64,000 nucleotides of DNA from Isurus oxyrinchus. Taxonomy: Eukaryota. Below are positions 12,341 to 25,989 of the stretch, one piece after another (positions within the stretch are counted from its first letter, which is position 1; every line of letters starts with the position of its first letter). Position numbers and translations under genes: made by a program. Location: assembly GCA_026770705.1 (NCBI GenBank), contig JANJGN010000036.1, positions 806,001-870,000 of the forward strand, given 5' to 3'. A model generated the notes under the pieces. That model made no database searches, was not told where the DNA came from, and saw only the letters and a list, made by a program, of their open reading frames with translations.

Positions 12341-13724
12341 AATCACTAACAATATTTAACACTGAGTCAAAACTAGTTCAACTCACGCTGCAATTCGCAT
12401 GGCATAGATGTTTTACTATTTACCCCGTTCTTTTCAGATTGACTCTGATACCTATCAATAACTCCTATCTCAATGTTTATTTCAAGTGGCCAAAGATTAA
12501 AAGATCACAAGAAAGAGGAGCAAGAGGAGGCCCTCGATCCTGCTCCGCCATGCAATGAGTCCTTGGCTAATATGATTGTGGCCTCAAGTGCACTTTCCTG
12601 GCCATAACCCCAGACCCCTTTGTCAATCAGAAATAGGCCCAACTCAGCCTTGAATATATTCAGGTCCCAGCCTCCATTGCTCTCTGGGGGAGCGAACTCA
12701 AAAAGTAACTACCACCTTAGAGAATAAATTCATATACATCTCAGTCCTAGTTCTGCATTCCCGCACGAGTTGAAACATCCTTTCTGCATCTACCCTGAGA
12801 AGCTGCATCAGAATCTTATATGTTTCAACAAGTTCATTTCTCATTCTTAGATTTACAACTAGCAATGCTAGTTTGATATTTTTGTCTACATCTAGCTTCA
12901 GTTTGTGAGGATTATTTCAAGCCGTTCACAGAGTGCCTTAAGAGTTTCTAATGATCATTTTTATTTGCACCCGAATCTCTATTTCTGCTCTATCTGGAAA
13001 CTTACTATCACCTAACAAAAGAAACATAATTTGATTCTGAAGGAGTAATGCCTTCGAAAGACTATTTATCCAGGAATGGATTTGGCTGTTTTGAAAACGC
13101 CACCAAGAGGAAGGTGGGAAAGAAGGGTGAACGGCAACGGATTTTTTCAGCTTTCAAAATGGATACACTGTCGACGGGGCCAATAATTTAACTGTGAGGG
13201 TAAAGCATCGGAGTCTCTCAACCAAAAATCCAACTATCATAAAGTAGGATGGTTAAGAGAATTTAAGTTAATTTGGGTGGAAAAAGAGAAACTGATTCCG
13301 ATCGTGGGAGGGTGGGGTCTTTGTGTGGCGAGGTGGGGGGTGGGGGGGGGGGAGGGGACGGGAGACGTGCGTGGGAGTAGTGGTGTACAGTCCAGGGCAA
13401 GAGGTCATTAGCTTCAAAGTAGGGCAGGCCGTCCAGGGTGATGTCCGAAACTAATCCTCTCCCATCCCCCAGAAAAATGTTGCTGGGGCTTTAGGTTACT
13501 GTGCGCTACTGAAAACATGGTCTGTGGTGACGGCTCAGGCACGTGAATACCTCTGCAGTTGTAGGGTAATAGTTGATTATCACAGAGTATATTTTTTAAA
13601 AAATACAGGATCCACAGACACCTTCAACTTGAGCAAAGTCCCACTACTGGATGCTTTCCTAATCACTCTCTCTCTCTCTCTCACACACACACCCATCATG
13701 CGGAGCCTCCCTCACATGTACACC

Positions 13725-14466
13725 TACATTATCCTGTGTGTGTGAATTGCTAACTCTTAAAGATATAGGACACAGTGATCCTCTCTTAATCCCTAGCTTG
13801 TACAGGTAAAGTATCCTGTGTGTCTGAATTCCTAACTCTTACAGATATTCAGGACTCAATGATCCTCCCTATCTCCCTCAATTGTACAGGTACAATATCC
13901 TGTTTGTGTGAATTGCTAACTCTTGCCGATACAAAGGACACAATGATCCCCTACATATCCCTCACTTGTACAGGTGCATTACCCTGTATGTGTGCATTGC
14001 TAACTCTTACAGATATATAGGACACAATGATCCTCTCTATATTCCTTACTTGTACAGGCGTGTTATTCTGTATGTGTGAATTGCTAACTCTTACAGGTAT
14101 ATAGGACACAGTGATCCTCTCTATATCCCTCACTTGTATAGGCACATTATCGTGCACGTTTGAATTGCTCACTCTTACAGATATTTAGGGCACAATGATC
14201 CTTTCTATATCACTCACTTGTATAGATACAATATCCTGTATGTGTGAATTGCTAACTCTTACAGATAAAAAGGACACACTGATCCACTCCATATCCCTCA
14301 CTTGTACAGGTAAATAATCCTGTGTATGTGAACTGCTAACTCTTACAGATATATAGGACACAGCGAACCTCTCTATATCCTTCTCTTGTACAGGTCCATT
14401 ACCCTTTATGTGTGAATTGTTAACTCTTACAGATATATACGACACAATGATCCTCTCTATATCCTT
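13725..14466. repeat. Minisatellite, 84-bp unit, about 9 copies
   Basis: gaattgctaactcttacagatatataggacacaatgatcctctctatatccctcacttgtacagg.. recurs at 13826, 13910, 13994, 14078, 14162, 14246, 14330 and 14414. Confidence 0.95.
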
Positions 14467-15284
14467 CAAGAATCAGGGACCCTGCTTTTCCATTTTGGTT
14501 TGCTGCGCATAGATGTGTATTTATGATCCATTTTTGCAGCGGCCGAGGCACATTTCAGGAAGGAGAACAAGGGGATAAAGAATCTGTATAAAAATCTGCA
14601 GAGGTTTTCCTTCCTTTGGCGGTTTAATATTTAAAAAATAAACGCAGAAGTCGTCACGCCAAGAGCAGCAGCCGGGCTCAGGGGAAGGCAGGAGGTGACT
14701 GCGGGAGGACCAGAGAGTGTACAAGGCCAAGACGTGCGGTAGAGCGGCCCCGTGTGGACAGGAGGGAGAAAGAGTGGTAACCATAGCCTCTGTGAAAAGA
14801 TCCCTGCTGAAAAACGTTAAAGTCTGATGGAACTATTGTTCTCTTTAAAAAATGAGCGCCCCTTTGGAGCCCTGTTAACATTTGGACACTTCTTCCAAGG
14901 CAATCATATCCCATTAATTCTTCTTTCCTTAACTTTCTGGTCATCATGGCTCATACGTTTGTGTTTCATGGAAATATCACTGCCCCCCCCCCCCCCCCCA
15001 CCCCTTCCACCTCCCTCGCCCTCCATAAAATCATTCTTGGGATCTTAAATTCACACTTTTCAAACGCATTAAAATGGCTTGGCCGCTCGGTGCTGCCATT
15101 TGTATGAGAACTCGGTTGTTAAAAACGAAGCCAGACGTGCATTTCTATAGCGCCTACCACGACCTCAAGGCATCCCCATTGCGATTGGCAATCAATTAAG
15201 TTAATTTTTTGAAATGTTACCTCTGTTGTAATGTGGGAAACATAGAAGCCAATTTGCACAAAGCAGCTCCCACAACAATGAGCA

Positions 15285-17050
15285 GAAAATCTTGGAAGCA
15301 CTCATCGTGTCAACAGCTTCTGTGGAGAGACAAAAAAGAGTTAACATTACGAGTACTTATGACTCTTCCTGAGTGCTAAAGAGAAGTGAAGATGTGCTGA
15401 TATTTTTACTGTTTAAGGGGTTTGAGCAGGTGAAGCTGCATAGAAAGCCAATGATAGGTGGAGGCAAAGGAGAGATTGCCAGAGATCTCATGGACAAAAG
15501 GATAAAGGAATGTTAATGATAGTAATACTGGATAAAGGAGGTGCTTATGATTGAATTATGGCCAGAAAGCAGAATGTAATAAAACCGGACAAGGGTGGCT
15601 CTAGAACGAACGACATGAACAAGTGACATATGGCCCAAGTTGGGGTGGGGAGGGTGGAGGGAATGGTGGTGCGTAAAAAAATTGAAAATAGCATAAAAGG
15701 TGGGGACAAAACTATGACTAAAAATAAAATAAGTAAAAACAAACATAAGTGAACAAACAATAACCATGAAAAAAGGAAAGAAAAAAAATTAAGATTAAAA
15801 TGAATATTGAAAAAGGGGGAGAAAAAGGGGGTGAGGATGGAAGAGAGAATTCATGATCTGAAGCTGTTGAACTCAATATTGAGTCTGGAAGACTGTAAAG
15901 TGCCTAATCGGAAGATGAGGTGCAGCTCCTTCAGTTTGCGTTGGGCATCACTGGAACATTGCAGCAAGCCAAGGATGCACATGTGGACATCAGAGCAGGA
16001 TGCTGTGTTGAAATGGCAAACAACAGGATGGTCTGAGTCATTCTTGCGGATAGAGAGAAGTTGTTCTGAAGAACGGTTACACAGTCTGTGTTTCGTCACA
16101 TCAATGTAACGGATACCGTATTGGGAGCAGTGAATGCAGTAGACCAAATTGAAGGAGGTGCAAGGGGAGCGCTGCTTCCACTGAAAGGGCGCTAATTGCG
16201 CCCTTGGATGGTGAGGAGGGACGAGGTAAAGGGGCAGGTGTTGCTTCTTCTAAGAATGCATGAGAAAGTGCTTTGGGAAGGGGATGAGTTGTTGGGGGTG
16301 AAGGAAGAGTTCACTAGGGTGCCCTGGAGAGAATGACCACTTAGGAATGCCAATGGGAAGTGGAGCACAGGGTGGAAGTAAGATCTGTTTGGTGGTGGCT
16401 TCATACTGGAGTTGGTGGAGGATGATCTGATTAATGCGGAGGCTCCTGGGGTGAAAGGTGAGGACAAGGGGGACCTATTATGGTTCTAGGAGGGGGAGGG
16501 AGGTGTGAGGGCAGAGGCACGGGAGATGGGTCAGGCATTGTTGAGGGTCCTGCTAACCACAGAGGGTGGGAAACCTCGGTTAAGGAAGAAGGAAGACATC
16601 TCAGAAGTGCCGTCTTTGAAAGTGGCATAATTGGAACAGATGCAACGGAGGCGAAATAACTGAGAGAATGGGATGGAGTCCTTAAAGAAAGTTGGATGTA
16701 ACGAACCGTAGTCCAGGTAGCTGTGGGAGCCACTGGGCCTCTAGTTAATATTGATGGACAGTCTATCACCAGAAATTGCTACAGAGAGGTCAAGAAAGGG
16801 AAGGAAATTGTCAGGCATTGGCCATGTGAAAATGATGGAGGGGTAGAAGTTGGCAGAATATAAATATTCTTTTCTAGGCCTGGACGAGAGCATGTAGTGG
16901 CACCGAAACAATCATTGGTGTACCGATAAAGGAGTTGCGGGATGGGGCCTGGGTAGCACTGGAATGAGAGGTGTTCCACACGCCGCATACATAAACAGGC
17001 ATAACTGGGGCCCATATGCGTACCCATAGCCACACTTTTAATTTAGAGGA
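15285..17050 (-). mobile_element. Penelope-like element fragment (left arm of inverted pair)
   Basis: GVAMGTHMGPSYA (16779-17033), MVYCIHCSQYGIRYIDVT..LNIEFN (15851-16147), 3' tail to about 15285. Confidence 0.85.
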
Positions 17051-17057
17051 ATGTTAT

Positions 17058-18845
17058 TCTTCCTACAAATCAAAGGTGTGGCTTTGGGTACCCGCATGGG
17101 CCCCAGTTATGCCTGTCTATTTATGGGGTGTTTGGAACATTCATTATTTTAGTCCTACTCAAGTCCCCTCCACCAACTCTTTCTCCGGTACATCGATGAC
17201 TGTTTCAGTGCCGCTTCCTGCTCTCGTCTGCAACTGGAAACATTCATCAATTTTGCCTCCATTACATTCACTTGGTCCATCTCTGATACTTCCCTTACCG
17301 TCCTTGGCCTCTGTTTCTCAATTTCTGGTGATAGGGCAACGACCAACATTCTCTACAAGCCCTCCAACTCCCACAACTGCCTCGACAACAGATCCTCACA
17401 CCCTGCTTTCTACAAAAACTCCACCCCATTATGCCACTGCGTTCGCCTTTGTTGCATCTGTTCCAATGATGCCACTTTCCAAGACGGCACTTCTGACATG
17501 TCTTGCTTCTTACTAAACCGAGGTTTCCAACCACTGTAGTTGCCAGGGCCCTGAGCTGTTTCCGACCCATTTCCCGTGCCTCTGCCCTCACACCTTCTTC
17601 TCTCTCCCAGGACAATGATAGGTCCCCCCTTGCCCATATTTTTCACCCCTCCAGCCTTCGCAATCAAAGGATCATCCGCAAACATTTCGGCCAACTCCAG
17701 CATGATTCCACCAGCAAACAGAACTTCCTTTCGCCTTCCCGCCTGTTGGCATTCCTTACGGACCATTTGTTCCACCCTGGCCCACTCCTCTGTCACCCTC
17801 CGTACCTCATCATCCTCCTACGGCACCTTCTCATGCAATCTCAGAAGCTGCAACACCTTCACCTTTAACTGTTCCAATGTCACCGAGGAGGGAACATTCC
17901 TTTCATTTGAAGCAGCGCTTCCATCTCACCTGCTTCAATTTGGTCCACTGCATTCACTGCCCAAATGCGGTCTCCACTATATAGGTGAGACCAAATGCAG
18001 ACTGGTTGACCACTTTGCAGAACACCTTCCGTCTGTCTGCAAGCATGACCAAGGCCTTCTAGTCGCTTGCCCTTTCAACATACCGTCCTGCTCTCATGCC
18101 CACATGTCCGTCCTTGGCCTGTTGCAATGTTCCAGTGAAGCCCCCCGCCAACTGGAGGAAAAGCACCTCATCTTCCGATTAAGCATTTCACAGACTTCCA
18201 GTCTTAACATTGAGTTCAACAAATTCCATCCATGACCTCCATCATCCATCTTCACTCTCTTTTTAAATCTCTTTTGCAATATTTATTGTGAACTTTTAAT
18301 CTTTCTTTTTTTAATTTTAAATTTTTATTTTTACCCACTTCAGTGTATTTTTATTTATTTCCATTTTTATTCACTGTTTTATCCCCACCTTTTATCTTAT
18401 CAATCTGTTGGCCTACCACCATCCCTCCTCCCACCCTCAAAAGGTCCATCTGTCACTTGTTCATGTTGTCCTTGGCAGAGTGCTCACCCTTGTCTGCTAT
18501 TATCACATTCAGCTTTCTGACTTCAATGCCACCATCAGCACCTCCTTTGTCCATTACCACTATCATTAACACCGATTTGCCCTTATGTACTTGACATCAC
18601 TGGCAATTTCTCCTTTGCCTCCATCTGTCATAGACTTTCTATCGCTCTTCACCTGCTCCACCCCCTTAATCAATATAAATTTCATCACATCGTTACTTCT
18701 CCTTAGCTCTGAGGAAGAGTCATGAGGACTTGAACCGTTAGCTTTGTTTTTTTTCTCTGCACATATGTTGTTAGGACTGCTGAGCTTTTCAAGCATTTTC
18801 TGTTTTTGTTTCACGTTTCCAACATCCATAGTATTTTACTTTTAC
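17058..18845 (+). mobile_element. Penelope-like element fragment (right arm of inverted pair)
   Basis: QIKGVALGTRMGPSYA, RYIDDC, CGLHYIGETK..LNIEFN (17576-18235), and a 3' tail ending catccatagtattttactttta. Confidence 0.85.
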
Positions 18846-21072
18846 CCTCAGCCATCAATAAGGTAATGGTCAGATTTGATTGCGAGATAAATGTTGGTCC
18901 CAGGACACAGGGTTTTACTTCACTCCCGCCTGCACGTCTTCCAGTGGTGCCTGTGGGATCCATTGCATCCTCCCGAGTTGTTTGACAGACCACAATATAA
19001 AATCGAGCCTGAGAAAAGGCTCCTCCGAAAGTGCAGCCCTGTCTCAGTACTAACACTGTGACCATCATTCTCTAGAGTGGGCCATGAAGGCACAATTTTC
19101 TCATTCAGAGGCGAGGACGGTTGCATCGAAGTCAAAGCCAGTCAGCAACCTGACGCACAGGATTTAAAAGTTCAGTAGTGTGATAGCCCTTAATACTTCG
19201 ATATTCCTGAAATCAATTTCCAGGGTGATGTTCAGATTGAGTGACAATGAATTCGAGGGAATATCTGATCAATTTCCTGCTCCATACTGAAGTGAAGAAA
19301 GGAAGAAAATTGAGAACGTCGATAACAATGGCATGATCTATTCATCCCCGATACAGACCACCTTCCAAAGTTGAAATGTCTCAATTTTTAAACACTAATT
19401 CAAAGGGCCTGGATATCGCAGGCAAGACAAGCATTTGTTCCCCATTCTTAAATGCACTTTAGAAGGTGGTGATGAGCCGCCTTCATGAACCACGACAGTC
19501 CCTGTGGGGTAGGTGCTCCACAAATCTATTTCATAAGGATTTCCAGGATTCTGACTGAGAGACAAAGGAGGAAGTATGTCCATGTCTGGATGTTGTGCAA
19601 TTTGCAGATCGTGGTGCCCCCTTTTGAGGTGTTGGAGATTGTGCGTTTGGAATGTGCTGTCGAAGTGGCCTTGGCGAGTTTCTGCAGTTCACCTCGTGGA
19701 TGCTACACACTCCAGTGACTGTGCATTGGCGCTGGAGAGGGTGAATATTTGAAGCTTTGGATGAGGTGCAACTCAAGCAGATTGGCCCTGGGACAGCCTG
19801 GGTACCAAACCCACATCAAAGAGATAGATTGAAATGAGCAACATTGACATAACTGACCACGGGAAAATGCAGATAAGCGTCCTGTCTGAGGGGTGATTCA
19901 TTTATTTGAGCTAATTTTACACTCTCTGAATGTTCAAATAATCCACTTTACTCATGCAGAAAACTGATCGAAGCACCTGAATATTTCGATAACTAACCTT
20001 CCCTTAACTGGGTACTGTATGAATTCGGGAAACAGGAAGATTTAATCTCCTGCCTAGACTGACTTAACTAACCACAGTGGAAGTCAGAAAACCTGAATAG
20101 TTTATAAGGGTGTTGAAGTACCTCAGAGCACCACATACCACTTTGAAAGAGATTGAACTTTATTGCACTTGATCACAAAGCTGAACAGCTATGTTATGCA
20201 TATTTTATTAGTAAAGTTGATGTTTTGGAAAACTAAGGTTTTGGTCATTCTGCTGCCCTTTGCTGCCCTATGCAATGGTAGTTAATGTCTATCTCAGTGT
20301 GCAGTATGGGATAACCCATAGATCACAGAACCTTGAACACCGGGGAGGATCTCGAGAGAACACACTGCATTCTTTTTCACAGTTGCTTTACAAAGGCGCA
20401 CTGGGGCATTTAAACTACCCTGTTTTCCATTTTCTCACAGGACGATCCCTATAGTTCATTTCCTTCCCTTCCCGCTCTTTCTGTGATACGTGTAAAGTGT
20501 GTAACTTTTTCGAGCTCTGATCGAGTCTCACTGACCTGAAACGTTAAGTCAGTAAGGTTCATGGAAAGACATGGAGTTAGTGAAGTCATTCTTTGACAAA
20601 GAGTTGCCTTGCAAATATCATGTCCAATATGTATTCGGTGGATAACATACAGTGTTGGAGGAAAATAACTTGGTTTGAAACTGATGCAATGTCAGGTTCT
20701 AAGGGCCGTGCAATGCACGTAAATGATTTTTCACGAATAACGTATATTTTAGGAAAAAAGGCTTGTCTAAAACTCCCTGAGTCCCTGGCAAAGCCTCATG
20801 TCTCCTGGCTGACTAAGTTTTCAAAAGCATTTGAAGTTTTACACAACGTTTAATTTATCAGTTTTGAGTTCAATGAAACATTGCCAACGTCCCTATCTCC
20901 TCGCTGGAAACATCTGCCAAGTTCACTCCAATTGAAAGGCACGGTTAGTGGAAAACTGGTTGTTTGGCCGGAACCAGCCTGCTGAAGTTTTAAAATTGCA
21001 AATTAAATGTGATGGCTTCGTTGGCAAATCCTGTCTCCTCCAGAATTCATCAGAGGGAATTCATGCGGATTC

Positions 21073-21145
21073 TTATCTACCACCCACCTTCGTTTTTGAT
21101 CTATTTTCTAATGCAGCAGGGAGCTAGAAAGTTCTTCCCCGAAAC
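21073..21145 (-). pseudogene. Orphan type-B terminal exon
   Basis: The reverse strand encodes AALENRSKTKVGGR*, compared with B1 AALDKRSKKKAGRR*. The flanks (ggcaaatcctgtc.., attaac) match 5030-5190. Confidence 0.7.
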
Positions 21146-21416
21146 CTGGACATATACTAAAGATTAACGTTAAAGGTAGGTAAATCACAGGTCAGATTAT
21201 CCCTCCGAAACTAATCAAATTTTTTCCATTTTATTTCTGATGGTCCCGTTAAGCAATGCTCACTTCTGTCTTCACGCTGAACTGATGGCTGCGTTGATGC
21301 TGCCACCATTTCACATTGATGCTCTCCTCCATTTTGGTGAATCTCTGATAAATTTCTCTCTGCATGTGCAGTAGCCTCGATCGTCCAGACGAGGGTGCGA
21401 TTGTCCTACTTTAATC

Positions 21417-24400
21417 TCAAGAAAGAAGAACAGTTTTGCAGAGAAGATGATTTGGCCCTTGTAAATTCATTAATCATCCAGGGACAAAAGAGTGCCCATT
21501 GCAAACGCCCCTGCTGCTTCTGACATGGCTGTAGGCTTTTCGCTCCAATGCAAAGTAAGCTCCTGAAATGAGATTTACATTTTTGACCCTGGAATTATTT
21601 TTCTCTTCAGGTATTTATCTAATTTCCTTTTGAAACTTAATATTCACAGCAATAGCTGTGCCAATACCACCTAAACACAGATACACACAGAGCGCCACAG
21701 ACATAAAAGTGCACACACACACACACACGCACACACACACATGCACACAGACACAGTCAGAACGACACAGACACACAAATACACACAAATACGCACACAG
21801 AAGCTTTCACACACACCGGTACGCACAGACACGCACAAACGACACATGCAGACACACTGAGTGACACACTCAAAGAGTGAAAAATGCACAGACACATGTG
21901 TGCATTCAAACACAAAAACTCTGTGCCCTGGTCATCGGTCGTGCCGCCAGTGGGAATTGTTTCTCTGATGCACACTGCGGAAGCAAAGAGAGCTTACGGC
22001 ACAGACAGCAGCCACTTGGACCAACGACTTTTCTTTGGCTGAAGATTGAGCCACTCAGTCCAAACGCACTTGCAAGAATTTGGTCCATAGCCCTGCAGGT
22101 TCAGGCACCTGAGGTATCCAAACATTTTTAACTGAGCTGAGGCTTACTGTCTCTACCTTCAGGCAGTGGGTCTCAGAATCCCACAACCCTCTAGATGAAC
22201 CAAAAATTCTGAGCACTTTTATCAAATCTCTGAACCTCCTCATCTCCAAGGAGAACACTGCCGGCTTTTCCAAACCGTCCATGGAACTGAAGTCCCTGGA
22301 ACAATTCTTATCAATCTTTTCTGGAACCTGTCTGATGTGTTCACATTTTTCTGAAGGTGTAGCGCCCTGAACTGCACACAGTTGATGCGGAACCAGTGTT
22401 CATAAAGCTTCATTGTAAGTTCCCTGCTTTTATGCTCTTCACCACTATTTATTATGTCTACGTTCTCGTGTGCCTTTAACCACTTTTTTTCCTCTATACC
22501 TAAGGAAGGATGGAGCAACAGTTAATTAATATTAGTCGGAGAATTTGAGTAAAACCGATGTAAGACTGATGAAAGCTCCCTGTAAGTGTTAAGAAGCGAT
22601 ATTTTTGAACAATGTCCTAAATGGAGAGGCCTGGCCTACAGTAAACTGGAGTCACATACTGACTGTGAATGACCTCAGTACAATTTACTGATGGACATTT
22701 AAAAAGCTCTTTTCATGAGTTTTGGGCAGGCCAAGGCACTTTACAGGCAATGGAGCAGTTTTGATATATAACCGCTACTGCGTACTCAATAGAGAAATTA
22801 ATTTCAGAGACAGAAATGGAGCCAGAGGCTGACAGATAAAATTTGAGATTGTGGGGCCTAAGTTTCAGTGTTTGTACTGAGAGACACAGGTTTTATTGCA
22901 ATAGGGGTGAGTGAATCTTTCCAGTTTACCTGTCGTGCAATTGATACGCAGAGGAGCTGACAGGCAACTTGTTAAAATTATATAGCATCTTTAACCACAG
23001 TAAAGCGACATAAGATGTTTCAGCCAAGCCTTATGGAGCAAAATGTGAGACCAAGAGGTTGGGCTCAATGAGCAAGTTCATCAAAGAGGTCGGTTCTAGG
23101 AATTCCCTTCAATGATAAAGGAGAGAGAGAGGTAGTGAAGCAGAATGTTTTAGGGATCGAAGCCAAATGTTAGGGCTTTGGCAGCTCAAAGCACGGTAAC
23201 AATGATTACAGAATCTTTACAGTGCAGAAGAAGGCCATTTCGCCCATCGGGTCTGCACTAGCTCTCTGAAAGGTAATCCTGCCGAGTACCACTCCCCTGC
23301 CTTGTCCCCGTAAAGCTGCACATTCTCTCTTTTCACGGATGAGATACTTAAAATGATGTATCCTTAAGAAGAGAGACTTAGACGAACAGTCATATCGGAG
23401 GATAACGGAACTGGAAGAGATTACGGTTTGGGGGAGGTTGTTTGGCGAAGCCAGTTCCAAAACTCTGCCATCACCATGTGTAGGAGTGCTTCTTATTTTG
23501 TACGAGTTTAGGACAACTGTTAGATTTCAGGCTGCTCCACTAGTCCTAAATTCCTCAAGCAGTAGGAATCGTTTCTCTCAATCTGCCCTATCAGCTTCCA
23601 TTATTATCTTGAAAATGTTCAATTCACACCTGCTTCTCAAATCCGGGGATGAAATGTGAATTAACCCATTCGGTACAACAGTCGGGAGGACATCAACTAG
23701 TTCCCAGCATGTTCAATGGATTTTAATGCAATACTCAAAAATGTTTTTGTGTTGTTTGAGATAGGGCGGTAGGAATTTGAGGTTTAAATGAGATACGTAG
23801 TGATCATGGGAATCCATTTTACTGAGGATCTGATTGCGGTTCAGTTGGTGAAATATGAGTGAAATTCTCGCTGTCTCTATCTCCCCATCCCCTCTCTATT
23901 CATTAACGACATGACAAATACAGCAATATGCTATAATTAAATAGACATTTGACAGCATATTTCAGTGATAATTGCACCCAGGGAAGATGCAAAGAGAAAG
24001 AGAGAGAGAAAGAGACACACAACGACAAGGAGTGACTGTGAAATCTATTTCCCTGTTTTGGATTTCCAGTAATCCTCACCTAAAACACATTGATACACCG
24101 TGGTCCCATTCTCTGTGAGATTGTGCTGTGTGTACACGGCCTGCGCCCTGTTCCATTCACTTCAAAAGTGACCTCACTTTGAAAACAACGGATTTGTGAC
24201 AAAGAATGGGCATGGGGAGAGCGACAAAGAAAGAGAGAAAAATAGGTAAGGAGACGAAAACACATTGGGAGCGTGATGGAGGGTTGTAGGATAGGACAAA
24301 TAGACACAACTTGTAATTCACTGACTGCTCCCGAGGGTCTGGGATTAATTCCTAACTGTGAAACTGTTTAAAGTCTTGCTATAATTCCCTAATAATTCCT

Positions 24401-25744
24401 GTGTTACAGGCAAAAAGACGAATTGCACATTGAAATGTATTGCGTTTTGAGGAGTAGGATGGGGGCACTTGAATTCAGTCCATAATAGTTTTGAAAAAAA
24501 TCTCATTTAAAAAGTCTTCCAAAGGTATTAGCGGCTCCTGCCCAGTGGGAAAGGGGGAGGTTGGTCCTTTCTGTGGTGACTGGGGTTGCAGGGGCGATTT
24601 CTGCGGTGGGATATTGCGTTACACAAATTTCCCACAGCCTTCCTTACAGTGCAACCGTGATGACGCTGCCAAAATTCAGTTTTCTCAGACTGTAATCGAG
24701 GACTGTTAACATAAAGCATGGTTATTGTGTTAAAAAGGAAGACAGAAAAATCATAGAGTGCATTTTAATCAAGGTTAATTCCGAATTAGAATAAAACGAA
24801 CAGAGGCAAGGATAATTTTTATCGAGAGCAGAGGAAAGAGAAACATGAAAAGAGATGGAAGACTAGGCCGGCACAGGAAGAGGGGATGAGAATGAACAAG
24901 AGAGGTGACTGTGTTAGAATTGGAAGATTCAATGCCTAATGAATGTACAAACAGTAGCAATGCCTGGTTGAGCCGGTACAGCCGGTAGGTTGTTTGAGGC
25001 GGGGGAGGGGCTGTGGGCGTAGTGAATGGCAGAGGGACAGAGAGGAGTCATCAGTCTTTGTCTATTTTTATAATGGGATTGAATTAAACATCGGGAGGTG
25101 GCAGTTTAAACACAGAGGGAGGGATACAGACTCTGGGCTTGTTATTGGGAGTTGGGCTGGAGGTAGAATTCCAGTGATTATTCACTGCCCAACTTCAGAA
25201 AGAAAGCTGCCCGTCCTCACCCCTTCCAAGATGTTTGAAACATTTAAAAAATGCTGGGGCAATCATGAGGTTTTGGCACCTACATTGTATTTGAAATTTG
25301 TTCGGATTTTAATATCAGGGCTTGTGTTTCAAAATAGTGTCCCCGGAGATTGTATATGTCAGTGAGGGCGAGGGGTTCTGGGACTTTGCTTTGACTTTTC
25401 GTTTGCTTACATGTTTGCTTTGTTTTAATCAATTTCAATTTTCCCCTCTTCTCCCAAGCCGAAATCATTTGGGAGCTGTAGTTTTGACCAGGCAAAGAGA
25501 GAATACTTTTGCCACCAGGAATTATCGGACAAGACGTGCAACAGCAGGAGGAAATAATATTAAATGTAAATAACTCGTTTTCATTCACTTTTCTACGCAG
25601 ACACTTACCTTGAAGGCAGTTTGTGGGATGTTTACAATAAGCGGCAGGGTCTGCGGTTTGGGGAGTTAACTCAGAGGTATGAAGTTTGAGACTGGCTGCT
25701 GCAGAGGGAGCCCAATGTAATTCCATATATTTCAATCTGTCCAT
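21417..25744 (-). pseudogene. Putative decayed type II membrane receptor with N-terminal ITIM (possibly C-type-lectin-like), copy 1
   Basis: Exon 25744-25609 (MDRLKYMELHW..CLQ) ends at a strong G|gtaagt donor. A weakly hydrophobic exon at about 25010-24905 reads YRLYRLNQALLLFV..LGI. Further exon-like blocks at about 24700-24600, 24176-24080 (donor gtgag) and 21562-21417 (GVC..W....[C>F].....LLCK). The family assignment is tentative. Confidence 0.35.
21990..22480 (-). mobile_element. CR1 LINE 3' fragment
   Basis: ORFs 22055-22282 and 22240-22518: CVQFRALHLQKNV..FQKRLIRIVPG..FSLEMRRFRDLIKV. Confidence 0.7.
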
Positions 25745-25989
25745 CTCTTCCTCAACTCTGCACCTCCGTCCATACCAATAGCTGTTTCCCCACATCCCTC
25801 TCTCTCACCAAACCCTTGAAATCTTGCTGTCTCAAATTTCATTTAAAATCTCTTTATAAAGCTATTTACAGGTTTATTCACGATCTCTCCCATTCTGAGA
25901 CTTTATCGGACTAACTCTCCCCGCTCCCAGAAAACTTATTTACATCTCAATCTTTCTCTAAGTGTCTCAGTTTGTTTCGCTGCCTTTTA

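Noticed and set aside
13725-14466. Regular repeat array resembling CRISPR, or a coding repeat
   Set aside because: Units are tandem with no unique spacers, the context is eukaryotic, and the ORFs across it are short and interrupted.
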